Below, in pieces: positions 8,861 through 17,630 of a stretch of 51,334 nt of DNA. The translations under genes were made by a program, and so were the position numbers. The notes beneath the pieces were generated by a model. It did no database searches, had not been told where the DNA came from, and saw nothing but the letters and a program-made list of their open reading frames with translations. How positions within the stretch are numbered: position 1 is the stretch's first letter; every line of letters starts with the position of its first letter. The stretch comes from Dietzia sp. Lineage in GTDB: Bacteria > Actinomycetota > Actinomycetes > Mycobacteriales > Mycobacteriaceae. The stretch covers positions 1 through 51,334 of the forward strand of contig JBKBUP010000001.1 in assembly GCA_046289795.1 (NCBI GenBank), given 5' to 3'.

Positions 8861-10672
8861 GTGAAATCGTTCCTCGACGACCCCGCCCGCTTCCTGTTCT
8901 TCACCGGCAAGGGCGGGGTGGGCAAGACCTCCCTCGCCTGTGCGACCGCGGTCCGGCTCTGTCGGGAGGGCGCGCGAGTCCTGCTCGTGAGCACTGATCC
9001 CGCCTCCAACGTGGGTCAGGTGTTCGGACAGCGGATCGGGAACCGGATCGTCGAGGTCGGTGCGGTCCCGGGGCTCTCGGCCATGGAGATCGAACCGGAC
9101 GCCGCCGCCGAGGCCTACCGCGAGCGCGTGGTGGGTCCCGTGCGCGGCCTGTTGCCGGAGGCCGAGATCACCGCGATCACCGAGCAGCTCTCCGGCTCCT
9201 GCACCACCGAGATCGCGTCGTTCAACGAGTTCACCGCGCTGTTGACCGACCCCGGGGTGATGGACGGGTTCGACCACGTCGTCTTTGACACCGCCCCCAC
9301 CGGGCACACGATCCGGCTTCTCACGCTCCCCGGGTCGTGGACCGACTTCCTGGAGCGCGGCAAGGGCGACGCCTCCTGCCTGGGGCCCATGGCGGGGCTC
9401 GACAAGCAACGCGCGGTGTACGCGGACGCCGTCGCGCGACTGGCGGACCCGGCCACCACGCGGCTCGTGTTGGTGGCCCGTCCGCAGACCTCCTCGCTGG
9501 ACGAGATCGCCCGGACCTCGGTCGAGCTCGCCGACGTGGGAATGCGCAATCAATCGGTAGTCGTGAACGGGGTGCTCGCGGGTCCCCACAGGGATGATGA
9601 CGACGACGACGACGAGATCGACCCCATCGCCGCCGGCTTCCGCCAGCGACAGCAGGCTGCCCTCGACGCCATGCCCGACGCCCTCCGCGGCCTGCCCACC
9701 GAGACGGTCCCGCTCCGGCCGGAGAACCTCGTCGGGGTCGCGGCGCTGGAGCGGCTCTTCGAGCCCCTGGAGGCCTCGACGGCGTCGGCGCACGCGGTGG
9801 CGGGTGGTCCCGCCCCTCTGCCCGCCCCTCTGTCCGCTCCGCTCTCGGACCTCGTCGACCAGATCGAGTCCGACGGGCACGGCCTCGTCATGACGATGGG
9901 CAAGGGGGGAGTCGGCAAGACCACCGTGGCCGCGGCCGTGGCGGTCGAACTCGCCGCGCGCGGGAACGAGGTGCATCTCACCACCACCGACCCCGCCGCG
10001 CATCTCACCGACACCGTCGCGGGTGAGATCCCGGGGCTCACCGTCTCCCGCATCGATCCCGACGAGGCGTCGGCCGAGTATCGCCGGCGGGTCATCGCCG
10101 GGAAGGGGACCAATCTCGACGAGGCCGGCCTGGCCGCGCTCGAGGAGGACCTCCGCTCGCCGTGCACCGAGGAGGTGGCGGTCTTCCAGGCGTTCTCCGG
10201 GGTGATCCACGAGTCGAGGCGCCGATTCGTCGTCGTCGACACCGCCCCGACCGGGCACACGCTGCTCCTGCTCGACGCGACCGGGTCGTACCACCGCGAG
10301 ATCGCCCGACAGATGGGAGAGGGTGGGCGGTTCACCACACCGCTCATGAGACTGCAGGATCCGGCCCAGACCAAGATCCTCATCGTCTCCCTCGCGGAGA
10401 CCACGCCGGTCCTCGAGGCGGCCGCACTCCAGGACGACCTGCGACGAGCCGGAATCGAACCGTGGGCCTGGGTGGTCAACAACGCACTCGCGGCGAGCGG
10501 AACCACGGACGCCGTCCTGCAACGGCGCGCCGAACTCGAGCGCGAGCAGCTGGACGCGGTGCGGGACGGCCTCGCCGAGAGGCTGGCCGTGGTGCCGTAT
10601 TCGGCGGTGGATCCCGTCGGTCCGGAGGCGCTGCGTCGTCTGGCCTCGGGTTCGGGCGCTGCGATCCGGTAG
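8861..10672 (+). CDS. arsA: arsenical pump-driving ATPase ArsA
   Basis: Two GKGGVGKT P-loops, two DTAPTGH motifs, metal Cys in SGSCTTE, ASCLG and RSPCTEE. GTG start at 8861. Confidence 0.96.
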   Translation: MKSFLDDPARFLFFTGKGGVGKTSLACATAVRLCREGARVLLVSTDPASNVGQVFGQRIGNRIVEVGAVPGLSAMEIEPDAAAEAYRERVVGPVRGLLPEAEITAITEQLSGSCTTEIASFNEFTALLTDPGVMDGFDHVVFDTAPTGHTIRLLTLPGSWTDFLERGKGDASCLGPMAGLDKQRAVYADAVARLADPATTRLVLVARPQTSSLDEIARTSVELADVGMRNQSVVVNGVLAGPHRDDDDDDDEIDPIAAGFRQRQQAALDAMPDALRGLPTETVPLRPENLVGVAALERLFEPLEASTASAHAVAGGPAPLPAPLSAPLSDLVDQIESDGHGLVMTMGKGGVGKTTVAAAVAVELAARGNEVHLTTTDPAAHLTDTVAGEIPGLTVSRIDPDEASAEYRRRVIAGKGTNLDEAGLAALEEDLRSPCTEEVAVFQAFSGVIHESRRRFVVVDTAPTGHTLLLLDATGSYHREIARQMGEGGRFTTPLMRLQDPAQTKILIVSLAETTPVLEAAALQDDLRRAGIEPWAWVVNNALAASGTTDAVLQRRAELEREQLDAVRDGLAERLAVVPYSAVDPVGPEALRRLASGSGAAIR

Positions 10673-10694
10673 CCGACGTCGTCACGGGTCGATC

Positions 10695-11045
10695 TCAGAC
10701 GAAGCGGAGGCCTCGCACGTCGACGATGTCCCGAATCTGGGCGAACGCCTCCGGGACGATGCTGTAGTGCGCCATCCGGCCGCGTTGCTCCCGGGTGACG
10801 AGCCCCGCCTCCACCAGCTTCTTCATGTGATGACTGACCGTGGGCTGGGTGATCCCGAGCGGTTCGGTGAGGGTGCAGACGCAGACGTCATTGCACTCCG
10901 CCGCCGCGATGTGCGAGAGCAGGCGCAGGCGCATGGGATCGGCCAGTGCTTTGAACCGGGCCGCCGCGGCCTCGGCCTCCGCCTGGTTGAGCGGCCCGTT
11001 CGCGCCGGCGATGCAGCAGGACTCGGTGGGCTCGGGCGAGGTCAT
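10695..11045 (-). CDS. arsR: ArsR/SmtB family repressor
   Basis: FKALADPMRLRLL, VCVCTL, ITQPTVSHHMKKLVEAGLV, N-terminal ESCC; TAATCT lies 6 nt upstream (leaderless). Confidence 0.93.
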   Translation of the reverse strand: MTSPEPTESCCIAGANGPLNQAEAEAAAARFKALADPMRLRLLSHIAAAECNDVCVCTLTEPLGITQPTVSHHMKKLVEAGLVTREQRGRMAHYSIVPEAFAQIRDIVDVRGLRFV

Positions 11046-11098
11046 GACACCAGATTACTCGGACGAACAGGATGGGGATGATCGATGCGGATCACCTC

Positions 11099-11142
11099 TT
11101 GCGTGTTCGAAAGTGTGTGCGTATAGTAGAACACGAGTTCGA
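11099..11142 (+). promoter_or_regulatory. SigA-like promoter with overlapping LexA (SOS) box
   Basis: TTGCGT (11099-11104)-N17-TATAGT (11122-11127). TAGAACACGAGTTCGA (11127-11142) is one mismatch from the actinobacterial TCGAAC-N4-GTTCGA consensus. Confidence 0.75.
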
Positions 11143-11179
11143 TAAGGCGTGGCGGCGACGCACGATCGGAGGTGGGGGC

Positions 11180-12853
11180 ATGGACTACACGGCTGGCGGT
11201 GCGACAAGCGGGGTCGGCCGCTCCGATCACCCGTCTGTGCTCGGCAGGTTGTCCGATGCAGCCCGCGGCACCTGGGTCGCGGAGAATCGCGCCGCTGGGG
11301 CCCGCCTGGCCGCGTGTTACGAGTTGTTCCGCGAATGTGTGCGCCAGGACGAGGCCGGGGCGGGGGACGGCTCCCCGCCCGGGCACGCGGTGGTCGACCC
11401 GTTCGACGTGTGTACCGGTTACGTCGTGGCGGCGATGCCCATCTCCACCGGCCGGGCCGCCACCATGATCAGCCTCGCCGCGGACCTGACCGAGCGCTAC
11501 CCCGCCGTCATGGAGGCCCTCTCGGCCGGCCGGATGGAACAGCGTGCCGCCGAACTGCTGGCCCGCCAGATGGCCACGGTCGACCCTGCCGTCCTGTCCC
11601 GGGTCCAGCAGGAGGTCGTGGACGACTACCTCGCCGCCCTCGAGGCCGGTGAGCGTCTGGGTGCCCGGTCGGTGCGCGAGTCCGTCGATGCGATCATCGC
11701 TCGCTACGACGCCGACGGCATCCGCCAACGCAGAGACGCCGCCGCGCGCGGCCGCGGAGTCCACATCCGCAAGGGCGCCGACGGCATGACCAACCTGTGG
11801 GCCACCCTGGCCTCTGATGAGGCCGCGGTACTGGCCGAGGCCATCGACCAGCGCGCTGCCGAGTTCGCCAACTCCGACCCGCACACCCCCGCGGAATCAG
11901 CGCAGTCCCACGCCGACGCCGAGGCGGCGGACATGTCGAACTATCCGGTGCCCGAACGCCGCGCGGACGCCCTGCTGTCGCTGGTGTGCGGAGACCGGGG
12001 CCGCGCCCGTGCCACCGGTCTCGCGCCGGACGAGCCGCCCGCGCCAATGCGGCCGCGGGTGACGGTCTTCGCCCGCGGTGGCGGTCTCGACCCGCAGGTC
12101 GAGTTTCCCCGCACCGGCGACTCCGCGCTCCAGGCGCTACTCGACATGCTCGCCGCCAGTGACGGGGCCAGCCTCGAACGCGTCGACCCCGCCATCGGCG
12201 CCGCCGACGACGCCCGCCGTGCGCTGACCTACCGGCCCGGCGCCGCCCTGGCCCGCCGCATCCGCCTCCGTGACGGCACCTGCCGGCACCCGGGCTGCAC
12301 CGTCTCGGCCGACAACTGCGACATCGATCACTGTCGGCCCTTCGACCACGCCGACCCGCAGCGAGGCGGACACACCACCGAGTGCAACCTGATGTGCTTG
12401 TGTCGGCGCCATCACCGGTTCAAGACCTTCTCCGGATGGATCTATGACCTGGCGCCAGACGGCACGCTCGTCGTCGTCACTCCCGACGGCTCCACCATGC
12501 TCACCAGACCCTCCGGGCCCCTGGCCGCGTACAGGCGCGAACAGGCCCGAGCCGAACAGGACGCCTGGGACACCCAGCAGGCCCGCAACCCCGAGCCGGA
12601 CACCGCTGACGGCGACCTGCAGTCCGAGCCCACCTTCTGGACCCGCCGTGCCGCCCGTCACCGCGCGGAACGCGCAGAACGTGCTCGAGCCAACCGCGCC
12701 GGCCCCGATCGCGCGAGACCTGATCGCACGAGACCTGATCGCACCAGGCCTCCCACCAGCCGCTGGTGGGATCGCAACAAACCAGTTGTCAGCCGCGCCG
12801 AGCAGCAGGTCCAGCAACTCCTCGACGAGATCCTTGACCCGCCACCGTTCTGA
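11180..12853 (+). CDS. DUF222 / HNH endonuclease (REP13E12-like) protein
   Basis: C-terminal RDGTCRHPGC...CDIDHCRPF...GGHTTECNLMCLCRRHHRFKT and an ERRADAL motif; GGAGG RBS before ATG 11180. Confidence 0.9.
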   Translation: MDYTAGGATSGVGRSDHPSVLGRLSDAARGTWVAENRAAGARLAACYELFRECVRQDEAGAGDGSPPGHAVVDPFDVCTGYVVAAMPISTGRAATMISLAADLTERYPAVMEALSAGRMEQRAAELLARQMATVDPAVLSRVQQEVVDDYLAALEAGERLGARSVRESVDAIIARYDADGIRQRRDAAARGRGVHIRKGADGMTNLWATLASDEAAVLAEAIDQRAAEFANSDPHTPAESAQSHADAEAADMSNYPVPERRADALLSLVCGDRGRARATGLAPDEPPAPMRPRVTVFARGGGLDPQVEFPRTGDSALQALLDMLAASDGASLERVDPAIGAADDARRALTYRPGAALARRIRLRDGTCRHPGCTVSADNCDIDHCRPFDHADPQRGGHTTECNLMCLCRRHHRFKTFSGWIYDLAPDGTLVVVTPDGSTMLTRPSGPLAAYRREQARAEQDAWDTQQARNPEPDTADGDLQSEPTFWTRRAARHRAERAERARANRAGPDRARPDRTRPDRTRPPTSRWWDRNKPVVSRAEQQVQQLLDEILDPPPF

Positions 12854-12882
12854 CCGCGCGGTACGGAGTGTCACACGACACA

Positions 12883-12913
12883 CATTGACGAGCATCAATG
12901 AATTCCCTAGGGT
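12883..12913 (+). promoter_or_regulatory. acr3 promoter with ArsR operator
   Basis: Palindrome CATTGA-N6-TCAATG (12883-12900) covers the -35 TTGACG; N17 to -10 TAGGGT (12908-12913), 7 nt before the ATG. Confidence 0.8.
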
Positions 12914-12920
12914 TGGCCGC

Positions 12921-14114
12921 ATGAGCACCCAGGTATCGGCGACTGCCGGCCCCCCTGCCCCTACCGATCCCGACACTCCGGTCGCCGCGAGGATGTCCTT
13001 CCTCGACCGCTATCTGGCCGTGTGGATCCTCGCCGCCATGGCGCTCGGGCTCCTGCTCGGACGCCTGGTGCCCGGTATCGCCGAAGCCCTGGAGGCGGTC
13101 GAGGTCGGGGGCATCTCTGTTCCCATCGCCGTCGGCCTGCTGGTGATGATGTATCCCGTCCTGGCGAAGGTCCGCTACGACGAGACGCGTCGCGTCACCG
13201 GGGACCGCAAGCTCCTCCTGCTGTCCCTCGCGCTCAACTGGTTGGTCGGTCCCGCGTTGATGTTCACGCTGGCCTGGCTGATGCTCCCCGACCTGCCCGA
13301 GTACCGCACCGGCCTGATCGTGGTGGGCCTGGCCCGCTGCATCGCGATGGTGTTCATCTGGAACGACCTCGCATGTGGTGACCGGGAGGCGGCGGCCGTG
13401 CTCGTCGCCATCAACTCGGTGTTCCAGGTAATCGCCTTCGCGGGCCTGGGATGGTTCTACCTCCAGGTCCTCCCGGGCTGGCTGGGATTGGAGACCACCA
13501 CCGCCGGGTTCTCGGTGTGGGCGATCGCGCTGAGCGTCCTGGTGTTCCTCGGTATCCCACTGCTGGCCGGATTCCTCACGCGGCACTTCGGCGAGAAGGC
13601 CAAGGGTCGGGAATGGTACGAGGAGACCTTCCTGCCGAAGATCGGTCCGTGGGCGCTGTACGGCCTGCTGTTCACGATCGTCGTGCTCTTCGCGTTCCAG
13701 GGCGACACCATCGTCGGAAATCCTCTCGACGTGGCGCGTATCGCGCTGCCCCTGCTGGCCTACTTCATCCTCATGTTCGGAGGGAGCCTGCTCGCGGCGC
13801 GAGCGGCCGGGCTGAACTACGCCAAGTCCACCGCGGTCGCGTTCACCGCCGCGGGGAACAACTTCGAACTCGCGATCGCCGTCAGTATCGGCACCTGGGG
13901 GGTGGCGTCCGGTCAGGCGCTGGCCGGGGTGGTCGGGCCGCTCATCGAGGTCCCCGTGCTGATCGCTCTCGTCTACGTGAGTCTGTGGGCGGGCAAGCGG
14001 CTGTTCAAGGGGGATCCCACGGTCCCGAACGCGATCCACCAGGACATGACCTCCGACTCCGCTGCCTCCACCTCGGCCCCCGACTCCAGCGAGCCCGGAG
14101 CCGATCACCGATGA
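12921..14114 (+). CDS. acr3: Acr3 family arsenite efflux transporter
   Basis: SFLDRYL, MMYPVLAKV, GLARCIAMV, GNNFELAIA, GPLIEVP. Confidence 0.96.
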   Translation: MSTQVSATAGPPAPTDPDTPVAARMSFLDRYLAVWILAAMALGLLLGRLVPGIAEALEAVEVGGISVPIAVGLLVMMYPVLAKVRYDETRRVTGDRKLLLLSLALNWLVGPALMFTLAWLMLPDLPEYRTGLIVVGLARCIAMVFIWNDLACGDREAAAVLVAINSVFQVIAFAGLGWFYLQVLPGWLGLETTTAGFSVWAIALSVLVFLGIPLLAGFLTRHFGEKAKGREWYEETFLPKIGPWALYGLLFTIVVLFAFQGDTIVGNPLDVARIALPLLAYFILMFGGSLLAARAAGLNYAKSTAVAFTAAGNNFELAIAVSIGTWGVASGQALAGVVGPLIEVPVLIALVYVSLWAGKRLFKGDPTVPNAIHQDMTSDSAASTSAPDSSEPGADHR

Positions 14115-14569
14115 CGCCGAACGCGCGAGACCGCCGGCCCACCGTCCTGTTCGTGTGCAAGTCCAATCGCGGCAAGTCCCAGATGGCGGAGGCGCTGCTG
14201 CGCCACGTCGCGGGGGACGCGGTCGAGATCCACTCCGCCGGCACCGAACCCGCGCTGGGAAAGTCACCCAACGCCGAGTCCGTGGCCGCCCTCGCCGAGG
14301 TCGGTGCCGACATGTCGGCTGGTACGGCCACTCCGGTCGACGACGAGGTGCTGCGACGGGCTGACCGCGTGGTCGTGCTCGGTACGGCCGCACGGCTCGA
14401 ATCGGTCGACGGGATGCGCGCGGACATCGAGGTCTGGGAGACCGTCGAACCGAGTGGGCACGGGATAGAGGGGCCCGAACGGATGGCACTCATCCGCGAC
14501 GACATCGACGGCCGGGTGCGGGAGCTGTGGGAGTCGCTGTCAGCCGAGCCGGACCGCTTGGCTCAGTAG
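14111..14569 (+). CDS. arsC: single-Cys arsenate:mycothiol transferase-type ArsC
   Basis: VLFVCKSNRGKSQMA (CX5K, no resolving Cys), EIHSAGT, AEVGADMS, ERMALIRDDID; resembles recalled C. glutamicum ArsC1/ArsC2. ATGA overlap with acr3. Confidence 0.85.
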   Translation: MTPNARDRRPTVLFVCKSNRGKSQMAEALLRHVAGDAVEIHSAGTEPALGKSPNAESVAALAEVGADMSAGTATPVDDEVLRRADRVVVLGTAARLESVDGMRADIEVWETVEPSGHGIEGPERMALIRDDIDGRVRELWESLSAEPDRLAQ

Positions 14570-14991
14570 CCGGTGTAGCGCTCCGGCTCCTCGCCGAAGG
14601 TGAAGCCGCGGCCCGAGAGCTGCTCCGGGGTGATCTCCACGAAGTTGTACTTGAGCGTGGGGACCCACGGCTTGAGGTCGAGTTCCTCGGCGGCGTTGAT
14701 CTCCGTGAAGGTGTCGAGCCGGCGGGCGGTCCCGCGAACGACTATCGACCAGGCCGAGTCGCCCTCGATGTGGTCCACCTGGAACAGCACGTCCGGCTGC
14801 ACGGTGATACCCGCCAGCTTGGTGCCCTCCGCCGTGCGGAAGAACAGTTTCCCGTCGGCGGAGAGGGCGTAGTTGACAGGGAATATGTCGGCGCGGCCCC
14901 CGGTCACGGTGACGAGACGGCCCAGCGACTCGGTGGCGAGCAGTTCGAGGGCGCGGTTGCGGTCGATCTCTGTGATCACGTTGTCGTCCAT
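14563..14991 (-). CDS. pyridoxamine 5'-phosphate oxidase-like (split-barrel flavin-binding) protein
   Basis: LGRL, IFPVNY, FRTAEGTKL, AWSIVVRG, LKPW, SGRGF. Confidence 0.85.
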   Translation of the reverse strand: MDDNVITEIDRNRALELLATESLGRLVTVTGGRADIFPVNYALSADGKLFFRTAEGTKLAGITVQPDVLFQVDHIEGDSAWSIVVRGTARRLDTFTEINAAEELDLKPWVPTLKYNFVEITPEQLSGRGFTFGEEPERYTGY

Positions 14992-15169
14992 GTACCGATT
15001 CTGTCACTCGGGGACCCCGCGCGGGTGACTAGCGGGGGCCGACTTGGCGCGTGCCGGGTGACGGACCTCACTACACCACGGCCACCTGCGAACTCGCCCG
15101 ACAATCGGGTAACGATCGAGCGAAGGTAGATGCGGCAGCCGGTCCTCGTCACTACGGTGGGACATACCT

Positions 15170-15682
15170 ATGAACCCAGGAGAACGAGAAGCACCCCGTA
15201 ACCCTGATTCGTCCGACGCGGTATTCCGTCCGCCCACCGCGGCAGACGGAAACCGCATGTGGGAGATCGCCCGCGACAGTGGAGTCCTCGACCTCAACTC
15301 CTCCTATGCCTACGTGTTGTGGGGAGCGGAGTACTCGGAGAGCTCTGTGGTCGTAGAGGTCGAGGGCCGCGTCGTCGGCTTCGTCACCGGATTCCTCCGA
15401 CCCTCGGAGCAGGACACGATCTTCGTCTGGCAGGTGGGCGTCGACGCGGACCAGCGCGGTAAGGGTCTGGCCGCACGACTGCTCCACAGCCTCATGGACC
15501 GGCTCGCCGAGCGCGGGGTGGTCCGGCTGCGCACCACCATCAGCCCGGACAACGAGGCCTCCCAGCGCACCTTCGGCGCTGTCGCCCGCGATCGGGGAAT
15601 GACGTTGTCCAGCGAGGACTACCTCGGCGTCGAGCTGCTCGGCGAGGGACACGAACCCGAAGATCTCTACACGATTTCCTAG
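15170..15682 (+). CDS. ectA: diaminobutyrate acetyltransferase
   Basis: LDLNSSYAY, FVWQVGV, RGKGLA, TTISPDNEAS. Confidence 0.95.
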   Translation: MNPGEREAPRNPDSSDAVFRPPTAADGNRMWEIARDSGVLDLNSSYAYVLWGAEYSESSVVVEVEGRVVGFVTGFLRPSEQDTIFVWQVGVDADQRGKGLAARLLHSLMDRLAERGVVRLRTTISPDNEASQRTFGAVARDRGMTLSSEDYLGVELLGEGHEPEDLYTIS

Positions 15683-15749
15683 AAGGGCGCCCGGACCCAC
15701 AGGTCCGCCACCGCCGCCCGCCACCTTTTTCGATGGAGTGATCACCACC

Positions 15750-17045
15750 ATGACCGAAGCCACGCACGAGGCAAACCTCGACACCTCGATCTTCACCGAC
15801 CGCGAGTCCGAGGTCCGCAGTTACTCACGGAGCTGGCCGGTGGTGTTCGACACCGCCAAGGGGGCCAAGCTCACGACCGTTGACGGTGACGACTACCTCG
15901 ACTTCTTCGGTGGAGCAGGCGCACTGAACTACGGCCACAACGACGACGACATGAAGGCCGCGCTCCTCGAGTACGTCCAGCGCGACGGCGTCACCCACTC
16001 GCTGGACAAGTACACCGTCGCCAAGAGGGCGTTCCTGGAGACGTTCACCTCGAAGATCCTCGAGCCGCGCGGGCTGGACTACAAGGTGATGTTCCCCGGG
16101 CCGACGGGCACCAACGCCGTCGAGTCCGCCCTCAAGCTGGCCCGTAAGGTCACCGGCCGCGAGGCGATCATCAACTTCACCAACTCGTTCCACGGGATGA
16201 CCCTCGGGTCGCTGTCCGTCACGGGCAACTCGATGAAGCGGGCCGGGGCCGGTATCCCGCTCGTGCACGCCACGCCGATGCCGTACGACAACTACTTCGG
16301 TGGCGTGACCGAGGACTTCCAGTGGATGGAGCGCGTGCTCGTCGACTCCGGGTCCGGCATGAACCGCCCCGCGGCCGTGATCGTCGAGTGCGTCCAGGGT
16401 GAGGGCGGCATCAACGCAGCCCGCGCCGAGTGGCTGCAGGCGCTCAACGAGCTCTGCGTGCGCCACGAGATCCTCCTGATCATCGACGACGTGCAGATGG
16501 GCTGCGGCCGCACCGGCGAGTTCTTCTCGTTCGAGTTCGCCGGCATCAAGCCGGACATCGTCACGCTGTCCAAGTCGATCGGCGGCTACGGCCTCCCGCT
16601 CGCGCTGACCCTGTTCCGTCGCGATCTCGACGAGTGGACCCCGGGCGAGCACAACGGCACGTTCCGCGGCAACAACATGGCCTTCATCACCGCCGAGGTG
16701 GCGCTGCGCAAGTACTGGTCGGACGACGAGCTGCAGAACCGCACGCTCGAGAACGGCCGGATCCTCCGCGAGCGCTTCTCCCCGCTGGTCTACAAGCACC
16801 AGGGCAAGCTCGAGCTGCGGGGCCGCGGGATGGCGTTCGGCATCGCGTTCCTCGAGAACCCGGAGCTGGCCCAGCAGGTCATGGCCCGCTGCTTCGATCA
16901 CAAGATGCTGGTCGAGACCGCCGGCCCGAGCGACGAGGTGGTCAAGTTCCTCGCCCCGCTCACCCTCACCGATGACGAGCGCGACCGCGGCATCGAGATC
17001 TGTTACGAGGCCGTCAACCACGTCCTGACGGCGCAGTACGCCTGA
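15750..17045 (+). CDS. ectB: diaminobutyrate-2-oxoglutarate transaminase
   Basis: ESEVRSYSR, GALNYGHN, GPTGTNAVE, QGEGG, DDVQMGCGRTG, SKSIGG, PGEHNGTFRG. Start is ATG 15750 or GTG 15738. Confidence 0.96.
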   Translation: MTEATHEANLDTSIFTDRESEVRSYSRSWPVVFDTAKGAKLTTVDGDDYLDFFGGAGALNYGHNDDDMKAALLEYVQRDGVTHSLDKYTVAKRAFLETFTSKILEPRGLDYKVMFPGPTGTNAVESALKLARKVTGREAIINFTNSFHGMTLGSLSVTGNSMKRAGAGIPLVHATPMPYDNYFGGVTEDFQWMERVLVDSGSGMNRPAAVIVECVQGEGGINAARAEWLQALNELCVRHEILLIIDDVQMGCGRTGEFFSFEFAGIKPDIVTLSKSIGGYGLPLALTLFRRDLDEWTPGEHNGTFRGNNMAFITAEVALRKYWSDDELQNRTLENGRILRERFSPLVYKHQGKLELRGRGMAFGIAFLENPELAQQVMARCFDHKMLVETAGPSDEVVKFLAPLTLTDDERDRGIEICYEAVNHVLTAQYA

Positions 17046-17110
17046 CGCTCGCCCGAGTCACGACCACCCGGGTCACGCCCGACCGTCCACCTTCCACGAG
17101 GAGGCAACAC

Positions 17111-17533
17111 ATGATCGTCCGTACCACCGCAGGGATCACCGGAACCGACCGCGAGGTCAAGGGCAACAACGGCAACTGGGTGTCCAAGCGCATCGTCCTG
17201 GCCGACGACCGCGTGGGGTTCTCGTTCCACGAGACCACCATCGCCGCCGGGACCACCAACGACTTCCACTACGCCAACCACATCGAGGCCGTCTGGCTGA
17301 CGCGTGGCAAGGGAACCCTGCGTGACCTGACCAACGGCGAGGAGTATCCGCTCGAAGCCGGGTCGATGTACCTGCTCGACGGCCACGAGAAGCACCAGGT
17401 GATCGTGGAGGAGGAGATGAGCATGCTCTGCGTGTTCAACCCTCCGGTCGTGGGCGAGGAGAACCACGACGAGAACGGCATCTACCCGCTCCTGCGCCTG
17501 CAGGACGACGGCACGGTCGTCCGCGAGAAGTAG
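17111..17533 (+). CDS. ectC: ectoine synthase
   Basis: MIVR, GFSFHET, HYANHIEAV, CVFNPP, HDENG. Confidence 0.96.
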   Translation: MIVRTTAGITGTDREVKGNNGNWVSKRIVLADDRVGFSFHETTIAAGTTNDFHYANHIEAVWLTRGKGTLRDLTNGEEYPLEAGSMYLLDGHEKHQVIVEEEMSMLCVFNPPVVGEENHDENGIYPLLRLQDDGTVVREK

Positions 17534-17550
17534 CCCCCACACGCATCACC

Positions 17551-17608
17551 CGCGCCCTCCCCGGCCGAATACGCTCACCCTGAGCGATTTCGGTCGGGGA
17601 GTCGCGCG
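17551..17608 (+). terminator. long hairpin after ectABC
   Basis: Stems CTCCCCGGCCGAA / TTCGGTCGGGGAG and CGCTCA / TGAGCG. Confidence 0.7.
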
Positions 17609-17630
17609 TTCTGGGGCAGGATCTCTATCC

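Noticed and set aside
11046-12882. Terminal inverted repeats or target duplication around the HNH gene (TGACAC / GTGTCA)
   Set aside because: Only a 6-bp match, expected by chance, so the gene is not annotated as an IS.
2400-14600. ars island as a recently transferred mobile element
   Set aside because: No integrase, transposase, tRNA anchor or flanking direct repeats, and the composition looks like the rest of the window by eye.
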